In this document: positions 16,408-23,088 of the stretch, one piece after another
Layout: every line of letters begins with the position of its first letter
Numbering within the stretch: the first letter of the stretch is position 1
Translations under genes and position numbers: made by a program
The notes under the pieces: model-generated
Told to the model about the DNA's origin: nothing
Databases searched by the model: none
What the model saw: the letters and a program-made list of their open reading frames with translations, nothing else
NCBI GenBank assembly: GCA_020343695.1
Contig: CP070807.1
Coordinates: forward strand, 1 to 37,655
Reading direction: 5' to 3'
Source: Candidatus Omnitrophota bacterium
GTDB lineage: Bacteria > Omnitrophota > Gorgyraeia > Duberdicusellales > 4484-171
DNA length: 37,655 nucleotides

Positions 16408-17210
16408 TGCACCTCTCTACAAGTCAAACCAATATTATGTATCTCCGGTCCTGAAATGCTGCAGGATGACGGACAGGTATTATCAGTGTATAGCCGTATT
16501 TGAGTGGCCACATACCCTGGAGGACACCACACCTCAGTAGCAAGGTGTAAGCTACCCACTGGACTGCCCTCAACCCAAGGGCTCTTGATATTTGTAGATG
16601 GCCCTAATTGGCCACCCATGCTTATTTCTTTCCAACCTTCATTATCATGGTATTTGATAACATTGTTGGGGCCGTTATAATAAAGACCTCCTCTTACGCC
16701 TTGAGGCTCTGCTTGGGGATCTAAAGGGGGTGGTGTGAATGGCGTTAATTGCAAAGTTTCATCTACTTCCAAATTCGCTCCTGGATTTATCGTTTTAATT
16801 CCAACATTACCCTCAACCAACAACCCATTCCCTGGAGGTGCGTTGGCTCCTGCATACCCTGAACCAATGACCACGCCTCCGGCAACATCTAATTTGTTCT
16901 GAGGTGGGTTATTCTGAGGCTCTTCGATGCCAATTCCCACATTGCCAGTAATCCAGACATCTCCCTGTTGCGCAACTATTTCAGGGTCAGGAGCATCTGA
17001 AGCATCTAATCCCTCTATGGCAGCATTATCACCCACACCTAAGGCACCGGTGAACAACCGGTCATAGACTCCATAAGGGGCAGGATAGTAGGTAGTGAGG
17101 CTAATCGTTCCCCCTTCGTCTTCTTGAGCAAAACAGAGACCAAGAGGGGCAACAAAAATCCCAAGAGAAATCCACAAAATTGTAACTATTCTGTATCTAC
17201 GTCTCCCCAT
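16404..17210 (-). CDS. secreted LTT[YF]YP-motif fibre-like protein, type B (paralog 6)
   Basis: 268 aa with SD AAGGAAG. Signal peptide ..PLGLCFA|QE, N-motif ISLTTYYPAPYGVY, VWITGNVGIGIEEPQNNPPQNKLDVAGGVVIGSGYAG, VGIKTINPGANLEV, GGLYYNGPNNVIKYHDNEGW, and the terminal CPPGYVATQIRLY..CPSSC..IGLTC. Confidence 0.8.
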   Translation of the reverse strand: MGRRRYRIVTILWISLGIFVAPLGLCFAQEDEGGTISLTTYYPAPYGVYDRLFTGALGVGDNAAIEGLDASDAPDPEIVAQQGDVWITGNVGIGIEEPQNNPPQNKLDVAGGVVIGSGYAGANAPPGNGLLVEGNVGIKTINPGANLEVDETLQLTPFTPPPLDPQAEPQGVRGGLYYNGPNNVIKYHDNEGWKEISMGGQLGPSTNIKSPWVEGSPVGSLHLATEVWCPPGYVATQIRLYTDNTCPSSCSISGPEIHNIGLTCREVQ

Positions 17211-17242
17211 ATATTTTCTTCCTTTTCTTTTCCTTTAAATAT

Positions 17243-17271
17243 AGCATATCTGGTGCTATTTTTCAAGTCAA
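17243..17271 (-). promoter_or_regulatory. sigma70-like promoter of the paralog island (TTGACT-17-TATGCT)
   Basis: Minus strand -35 at 17271-17266, a 17-nt spacer, and -10 at 17248-17243. It lies in the 99-nt gap upstream of paralog 6. Confidence 0.45.
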
Positions 17272-17309
17272 TACCGCAGGAAGAGGAAGGGATTCTACTA
17301 CTGAAATGC

Positions 17310-18458
17310 TTAGCTATTTTCTAACCTTTCTCTTGAAATCCCGATATCTACAACAAAAATCTTCCCGCGACACTTTGGTCCTTGACTTAAGAAAAATCCT
17401 TGTTTGGGGGCAATGAAAGTAACAGTGTAATCTGCTCTGATTGCCTCTCCCAACACAACTCCTTGATCAGGTGCAAGTCCTGAAGGAATATCGCAGGAAA
17501 TAATTTTCTTTCCGCTTTTGTTTATCAAAGCAATCACTTCTCTCAAATAGCCGGACACCTCTCCTTTTACGCCAATCCCTAAAATTCCCTCTACAATACA
17601 ATCTTTCTTTTTCACAATGCGCTTGAGTTCGCCGATATTGGTACTGTTGATGCTGTGAATGGGTAGTTCCATCTTTTCTAAGGTATTTTTTTGAAACAAT
17701 GCTTCTTGACCAAGAGGTTTTTCCTCTAGCACGACAACGTCGACATTGTAGCCTTGCCCTTGTAACTTACGCGCGCAACTCAGCACATCAGCACCATTAT
17801 TTCCCCTTCCAGCAACAACCAAAATGTCGGTGCCCAAATGGAGACTATCAATGACCGCAAAAAGATTACTGGAAGCATTCTCAATGAGAATCCTCTCCTC
17901 TAAGCCAAGAACTTTTGCCTTTCTCTCAAGTGCACGTATCCTTTCAACTGAAAGACTCTTTAATGCCAAGCGGGCCTGCTCTTTCACCGCATCAAACTGC
18001 GGCCTCTGCAGGTCCAATACACACGCATCAGCTCTCTTTCGTATCTTCTCTAAAAATGGGTCACTTATTACTGACATCGTTCCTACTATCTTTTTCTTTT
18101 CAAGTAACTGACAGACTATCTGTTTAAATGCAGAAGAAAAAAGTTCCATCTTTCCTAACTCATCGATTACCACATACTCAACTCTTCCTTTGAGGGCCTG
18201 CTGTAATTCTTTTACTGCAACTTCATCAAACTTTCCTACATCTACCCCATATTTTGAAACTCTATGAGGAGATGAAAAACGCATATGAGCAAAGACAGTC
18301 TCTTTCCCGTTTAGTGTTGTTACTTTAAACCCGACTCTTGATCCTTTTTCCTTTATCTCTTCAGTGAAAAAGCCCTCTGCTTTTGGGATGAAATTGAGGA
18401 GTTCTTTAATGAAGGTGGTCTTTCCGCAGGAAGGTTTGCCGGCGATAAAAAGGTGCAT
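17310..18458 (-). CDS. fusion protein: THEP1/NTPase_1-type nucleoside triphosphatase + YjeF_N (NAD(P)HX epimerase) domain
   Basis: 382 aa. The N-half has the P-loop GKPSCGKTT, GFKVTTLNG and Walker B VVIDELGKME, as in THEP1/MJ1559. The C-half has ENASSNL, VVAGRGNNGADV and DIPSGL, as in YjeF N-terminal domains. Confidence 0.7.
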   Translation of the reverse strand: MHLFIAGKPSCGKTTFIKELLNFIPKAEGFFTEEIKEKGSRVGFKVTTLNGKETVFAHMRFSSPHRVSKYGVDVGKFDEVAVKELQQALKGRVEYVVIDELGKMELFSSAFKQIVCQLLEKKKIVGTMSVISDPFLEKIRKRADACVLDLQRPQFDAVKEQARLALKSLSVERIRALERKAKVLGLEERILIENASSNLFAVIDSLHLGTDILVVAGRGNNGADVLSCARKLQGQGYNVDVVVLEEKPLGQEALFQKNTLEKMELPIHSINSTNIGELKRIVKKKDCIVEGILGIGVKGEVSGYLREVIALINKSGKKIISCDIPSGLAPDQGVVLGEAIRADYTVTFIAPKQGFFLSQGPKCRGKIFVVDIGISRERLENS

Positions 18459-18485
18459 TCGTACGCAGAGTTCTTTTAAGGAGAC

Positions 18486-19460
18486 CTAGTGAGGGTCTTT
18501 TCCTTTCTTTTTCTTCTTCTTAAAAAGATCGAGAAATCTGTCTTCATATTCCTTGTATACATTCCAATGGTCAAGCTCATCTTTCAGCTTATTTGCCTTT
18601 GTAATGTCCGTTCTTGCCTCTTTGATGAGATTTTCTATCTTTTCTCTCGCTGATTGCGGGAGTTTGGTGTAGGTAGCTAAATCTTTCTTTATCTTGTCGA
18701 TATCCTCCTCGCTTAAAGGGCCAGTACCTGCAGCTTGTTCCTCTCCTTTGATATGACTTATGAGTTTATCAATCTCTTCTTCAACAAATTTTCCTCTCTC
18801 CTGGAGCGGAGAAAGATTCAACTTCAACTGAAGATGTTCACTCACCACCTTTAATACGTTCGCACACGCCTTGGGGTTTTCTATTTGGACAGTGTAGAAA
18901 GGGATCTCCCCTAAAAGGCAGACACCTTTTATGCCTTTTCTTTTAGCTGTTCCCAAAACAATTCCGTTGAGTCCGCTGATTTGCCCTTTCTTCAAAACTT
19001 TTAATTTAAATTTCTTAAATTCTTGCAATACATCTTCGTGAGTTGCTGCAATCCATACTAAAGAATCGTTCTTATGATCAATGGCCTCTGGTTTGGCAGC
19101 AAAGGTAAAGATAAACTGTACCTTATATTTTTTAAGAAAATCAACGATTGCAAATGCAAGCGTCTCAGCGTATTCTAAAGGAGGCTGTGCTTCTCCCAAA
19201 AAGAGAACCATGTCAGGGCAATTTTCTCCCTTTAAATAATAAAAGAATCCTGCCGGGAGGCTGGGAAGATCGATTTCGCCCTTCTCTACGGTAACCGCTG
19301 CTGGCCGAAAGAATTCCTCTGCCTCCAGTTTCGCAAACATTTTAAACCCCATAGCCTCTCTTAAAAAAAGTACGCTCCTGTAGGCTACTTCTCCCATTCC
19401 TGGCCAAGCGGCAATGAGAATAGGATTTTTTAATTTTGGGGCAACTATTTCTTTAATCAT
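18486..19460 (-). CDS. PAC2-family (proteasome assembly chaperone-like) protein with coiled-coil, Lys-rich tail
   Basis: 324 aa. The N-terminus KNPILIAAWPGMGEVAYRS and overall size resemble PAC2-family proteins. Call is from memory. Confidence 0.5.
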   Translation of the reverse strand: MIKEIVAPKLKNPILIAAWPGMGEVAYRSVLFLREAMGFKMFAKLEAEEFFRPAAVTVEKGEIDLPSLPAGFFYYLKGENCPDMVLFLGEAQPPLEYAETLAFAIVDFLKKYKVQFIFTFAAKPEAIDHKNDSLVWIAATHEDVLQEFKKFKLKVLKKGQISGLNGIVLGTAKRKGIKGVCLLGEIPFYTVQIENPKACANVLKVVSEHLQLKLNLSPLQERGKFVEEEIDKLISHIKGEEQAAGTGPLSEEDIDKIKKDLATYTKLPQSAREKIENLIKEARTDITKANKLKDELDHWNVYKEYEDRFLDLFKKKKKKGKDPH

Positions 19461-19657
19461 CGCAATACTCTACCACACCTTGGATCCAAAAACAACGACT
19501 TGTCGGTTATCTTGACGTTTCTTAGTCTCTCAAGAAACTCTTTGATCCTTTTCTCCTCTCCTACATCTTTGGGAAAATAGTATTTCTTTTTTGTTCCATA
19601 AACCTGCTCTACATAGCCACCAAAACCATGAGGGTATTTGTAGTCTTTTGAATGCGT
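19457..19657 (-). other. rarA: in-frame continuation of rarA after the TAG at 19660-19658 (66 sense codons + TGA)
   Basis: The same frame reads THSKDYKYPHGFGGYVEQVYGTKKKYYFPKDVGEEKRIKEFLERLRNVK.. This corresponds to the conserved RarA/MgsA C-terminus (Y.Y.H....Q.Y.P....YY.P...G.E..I...L). Its terminal TGA overlaps the PAC2 ATG. Confidence 0.7.
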
Positions 19658-20752
19658 CTATAAATGCGAAGGAACCTGCTTTGTTTCTTCTTCCTCTACA
19701 GCTCGCTTTGCTCGGTCAATGGCTAAATACGCAGAGTTGGACTTTGGAGAAGATGCCAAATAGATAGTAGTCTGAGCTAAAATCAAATCTGATTCTGGGG
19801 GGCCTACACATTCTACCGCCTTAAAACAGCTTGTTGCGAGCACAAGGCAAAAAGGATGAGCATTCCCAATATCTTCAGAAGCAAGAATTACGAGACGCCG
19901 GGCAATAAAACGAGGGTCTTCCCCGCCCTTAATCATTTTCGCAAGCCAGTAGAGAGCGCTGTCGACATCGCTTCCCCTCACTGATTTTATAAATGCCGAA
20001 ATCGTATCATAATGGTACCGTCTGTCTCTGTCGTAAAAAATATTTTTCTGAATACTCTCCTGGGCGGTGTCCAGATTAAATACTATCTTTCTATCTCTGG
20101 AAACAGGGGTACTAAATGCACCTATTTCTAAGGCACCGAGGGCCTTGCGAGCGTCTCCGCTGGAGGCAACAGCAATATATTCCAGTGCCTTATTGGTAAT
20201 CTGAATATCCACATTACCTAAGCCTAACTCCTTATCTTTTAAAGCTCTTTTTAAAATGAACATAATCTCTTGGGTCTGCAGAGGCTTAAATTCCCCTACT
20301 ATAGAACGGGAAATAAGAGACGGGATAAGGTAGTAATAAGGGGTATATATGGTGGCGCCAATCAGATTGATGCCTGCGCGTTCAGTGTCAGGAATTAAAG
20401 ACTCCTGTTGGAGTTTATTAAATCTGTGGATTTCATCAATGAAAATAACTGTCTTTTTTCCATCCTGCGCGAGACGCTTGCGTGCTTCAATAATAATTTT
20501 TTTGACCTCTGCGACAGATGAGAAAGCTGCATTAAGGTAGTGAAATTCTGCCTCGAGGCTCTTTGCAACAATGAGTCCTAACGTGGTCTTGCCAGTTCCC
20601 GCAGCTCCAAAAAAGATCAAAGAAGGCACTTTCCCAGATACGATTGCTCTGCGCAATAACTTTCCCTCTCCTAAAATATGCTTTTGACCGACAAACTCTT
20701 CTAACTTTTGGGGCCTTACTCTTACTGCTAATGGGGTATCTGGGGTGACCAT
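19658..20752 (-). CDS. rarA: replication-associated recombination protein A (RarA/MgsA), ORF as terminated by TAG
   Basis: 364 aa. Walker A GAAGTGKTT, Walker B VIFIDEIHRFNK, SGDARKALGALE, RGSDVDSALYWLA. It stops right after VPSHL, where homologues continue. Confidence 0.85.
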   Translation of the reverse strand: MVTPDTPLAVRVRPQKLEEFVGQKHILGEGKLLRRAIVSGKVPSLIFFGAAGTGKTTLGLIVAKSLEAEFHYLNAAFSSVAEVKKIIIEARKRLAQDGKKTVIFIDEIHRFNKLQQESLIPDTERAGINLIGATIYTPYYYLIPSLISRSIVGEFKPLQTQEIMFILKRALKDKELGLGNVDIQITNKALEYIAVASSGDARKALGALEIGAFSTPVSRDRKIVFNLDTAQESIQKNIFYDRDRRYHYDTISAFIKSVRGSDVDSALYWLAKMIKGGEDPRFIARRLVILASEDIGNAHPFCLVLATSCFKAVECVGPPESDLILAQTTIYLASSPKSNSAYLAIDRAKRAVEEEETKQVPSHL

Positions 20753-20766
20753 ATCACCGATAAACT

Positions 20767-20928
20767 AAAAAACCCTGCCTCCAGTCCGTCACAGGCCGGC
20801 TGCTATCAGTCCTTTTCCCATACAGGTGGGCGCCGCATCCTTCTTGCCTCGGCAAGAAGGAGATTTGGCTCCCGTGTTGATGATGTTGGCTGTAGCACTT
20901 TACCTGTCGACGGGACAGGCAGGGTTCT
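20767..20928 (-). ncRNA. ~160-nt rod-shaped structured RNA with 6S-RNA-like architecture
   Basis: - Closing stem: AACCCUGCCU/AGGCAGGGUU plus GUCC-C-GUC-G-ACAGG/CCUGU-GAC-GGAC.
- Second helix: GCUACAGCC/GG-A-CUG-A-UAGC.
- Central bubble of about 14/15 nt.
- Terminal helix GGGAGCC/GGCGCCC, capped by the perfect hairpin UCCUUCUUGC-CGAG-GCAAGAAGGA.
- A U6 tract follows directly after the closing stem. Confidence 0.5.
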
Positions 20929-20934
20929 ATTTTT

Positions 20935-20963
20935 ATTATAGCATGCTCTTATCTCTAATTCAA
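20935..20963 (-). promoter_or_regulatory. sigma70 promoter of the structured RNA (TTGAAT-17-TATAAT)
   Basis: Minus strand -35 at 20963-20958, an exact 17-nt spacer, and a perfect -10 TATAAT at 20940-20935, 8 nt upstream of the first base of the closing stem. Confidence 0.55.
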
Positions 20964-21092
20964 GGGTGCAGTCCCTACTGCATTGTATCTGTGTGGAATT
21001 TTTTTTCAATCGTCCTATATCTATTTGCATCGAATAAAAATTGCTCTCATGACAAAGATAGATTCAGCCTCAAGGAAGTATCTTTCGTAATC

Positions 21093-23078
21093 CTAGCGTA
21101 AGATCATCCCTTCCTCATCCTTCAATTTCTTCCGGATCGCATTATGAAGGCAATCTACCTCTTCGGAGGTTAATGTTTTCTTCTGGGACTGATAGAATAT
21201 TCGCAAGGTGAAGGCAAAAGAATCAGAAGGTATGTCTTTACCTTTATACACATCAATAATCTGTAAATCTAGGAGGTATTCTCCTGCTTGTGTCTTAATA
21301 ATCTGACGCGCTTCTTTAAAACTCCGCGATTTGTGAAAGGCGATACTGATATCACGCCAGATAACAGGGTAGGAACTAAAGGGCTCATACAGCTTTTCTT
21401 TTTGTGCACTTTTAAGAAGTGTGATGTCAAGCGCTGAGAAAAAAATATCCTCTTTGAGATCAAACGCTTTTCTTACATTCTCATCTAACTTACCTAAAAA
21501 ACCGACTTCCTTTCCCTGGATAATAATTTTTAAGGCGTTGGTAAAATTGCCCACGCTCTGCTCTCGGAATTCAAAATTCTCTATATGAAAATACCCCAGG
21601 ATGTGCTCTAGCACACCTTTAAGGTAAAATATACTCTCGGGAGCGCCGCTGGCACCTAAACTGAGCTTTGGGAGTTCACTAAAGTGGTCTTTCTCCTTAC
21701 AATACACATTAGCAATTTCAAAAAAGAACAGATTCTTTTGATTACGATTTAAATTGTATCGTATGCCCTTCATCATCCCCAAGAGAAGGCTGGGACGTAA
21801 TACGTTCTCTTGTGCGCGTAGGGGGTTCAAAATTTTTACCCAATTATGCTCTCCTAAATCCGCAAAGTCTTTCTCTGCTTCGATGCTGTAGGTGATGACT
21901 TCTTTCAATCCCAGCATTGCCAGCAGCGACCTTAATTCTTTCTTAAACTCATACAGAGCGGCTGCGCGCACTTCAGAGTTCAAAAAAGGTAGCCTGGCGA
22001 TAATCTTCTCATACCCCAAGAGGCGTACGACCTCTTCATAGACATCAACCTCTCTCTGAATATCAAAACGAAAAAGAGGCGGATGAAGAACAGTTTTTTC
22101 TTTTGAAAACTTTCCTATCTTAAACCCCAGGCTTCGCAACGCCTTTTTCACCTGAGTCTTCGAAAAATCTACTCCCAGATAGGAGTTCAGCTTAGGCAAA
22201 CTCACCGTAATCTTTTTCTTCTTAAGGAGAGGCTTTCTTCCCGCCCTTCTGTACCCAGCAAAGGCGGCCCTTGCTTCTCTTGCAATCAATTTATGCGCTT
22301 CATAGGAAGCATACTCTATGTAATCGGGATTCACCCTTCTCTCAAAACGATACGATGACTCTGTATCAACACCTACACGCCTGCGTGACCGCCTCACTGT
22401 GAGAGGAGAAAAGATTGCCGCTTCTAAAAAAATGTTTTTTGTGTTCTCATCCACTTCGGTATTCTTTGCTCCCATCACCCCTGCGATAGCAATCACTTTC
22501 TTCTCATCGGCAATAACTAAATTTTCTCTCTCAAGCTGTCTCTCTTTAGCATCAATGCCTATAAATACTTCTCCTTTTTTTGCTCTCCTTATATAAATAT
22601 TTCCTTCAAGTTTATCTTCATCAAATGCATGGAGAGGATTTCCCCACTTGAGCATGCAATAATTGGTAATATCGACAATATTATTTATCGAGTTAATGCC
22701 CGAGCGCAACAGGCGTTCTTTAAGCCAGTGCTGGCTTGTGGTCACCTTCACATTCTTTATGCTCCTTCCTATATAAAACGGGCAATCTCCTAAATCTTCG
22801 ATAACAATGTTCCGTTCTCCCAAGACGGGTCTTCTTATAACTGTGGGGTATGTAACTTTTATTTTCTTTCCCATACATGCAGCAATTTCCCGTGCGATTC
22901 CTACCATGGAAAGCCAATCGTACCTATTCGAGGTTACTTCGATATCGAAAATCCAATCTTGCGCCTGCCTCTGGAAACACTCCACCTCCATTCCCGCCAT
23001 TGTCAGAAGCCTTGCTAACTGTTGAGCAGAAACATCCACCCTTAAAAACTCTTTGATAAAATTTAAACTAAACCTCAT
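21093..23078 (-). CDS. pheT: phenylalanine--tRNA ligase beta subunit (short form)
   Basis: 661 aa. The N-terminus MRFSLNFIKEFL..QLARLLTMAGMEVE, the B3/4 and B5 regions, and the C-terminal FDX-ACB-like domain. About 130 aa shorter than typical bacterial PheT. Confidence 0.9.
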   Translation of the reverse strand: MRFSLNFIKEFLRVDVSAQQLARLLTMAGMEVECFQRQAQDWIFDIEVTSNRYDWLSMVGIAREIAACMGKKIKVTYPTVIRRPVLGERNIVIEDLGDCPFYIGRSIKNVKVTTSQHWLKERLLRSGINSINNIVDITNYCMLKWGNPLHAFDEDKLEGNIYIRRAKKGEVFIGIDAKERQLERENLVIADEKKVIAIAGVMGAKNTEVDENTKNIFLEAAIFSPLTVRRSRRRVGVDTESSYRFERRVNPDYIEYASYEAHKLIAREARAAFAGYRRAGRKPLLKKKKITVSLPKLNSYLGVDFSKTQVKKALRSLGFKIGKFSKEKTVLHPPLFRFDIQREVDVYEEVVRLLGYEKIIARLPFLNSEVRAAALYEFKKELRSLLAMLGLKEVITYSIEAEKDFADLGEHNWVKILNPLRAQENVLRPSLLLGMMKGIRYNLNRNQKNLFFFEIANVYCKEKDHFSELPKLSLGASGAPESIFYLKGVLEHILGYFHIENFEFREQSVGNFTNALKIIIQGKEVGFLGKLDENVRKAFDLKEDIFFSALDITLLKSAQKEKLYEPFSSYPVIWRDISIAFHKSRSFKEARQIIKTQAGEYLLDLQIIDVYKGKDIPSDSFAFTLRIFYQSQKKTLTSEEVDCLHNAIRKKLKDEEGMILR

Positions 23079-23088
23079 ATGTGCCTGT

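Noticed and set aside
12290-17210. The six paralogs as type IV pilins, chaperone-usher pilins, lipoproteins, or a prophage tail-fibre module
   Set aside because: - There is no G|FTLIE-type prepilin motif, and the signal peptides look Sec/SPase I-type.
- No usher, chaperone, PilB/C or sortase genes are nearby.
- The Cys near the cleavage site is not in a canonical L-[AS]-[GA]-C lipobox and is missing in paralog 5.
- No phage structural, integrase or lysis genes flank the island.
The lipoprotein option remains formally open until LipoP is run.
19658-19660. TAG reassigned as a sense codon (alternative genetic code or pyrrolysine) as the explanation for the in-frame stop in rarA
   Set aside because: TAG is the natural terminator of at least two well-delimited genes in this window. 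The histidine kinase ends ..SENV-TAG at 6560-6562, and rex ends ..SSK-TAG at 9089-9091. No pyl genes are visible. A global recoding is therefore unlikely, and a local nonsense mutation, an error or read-through fits better.
20767-20928. SRP (4.5S/ffs) RNA identity for the structured RNA between pheT and rarA
   Set aside because: I could not find the conserved domain IV elements on either strand: a GNAR tetraloop closed by the GGAA..AGCA symmetric-loop motif, as in ..GGUCCGGAAGGAAGCAGCC... At ~160 nt with a large central bubble, it fits 6S better than a 4.5S hairpin. It also lacks the tRNA-like end of tmRNA and is far too short for RNase P RNA.
20806-21101. ORFs 20806-21030 (minus) and 20826-21101 (plus) in the pheT-rarA spacer
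   Set aside because: They overlap each other on opposite strands, lack SDs, and coincide with the promoter plus structured-RNA unit. Their length is explained by the GC-rich paired RNA sequence.
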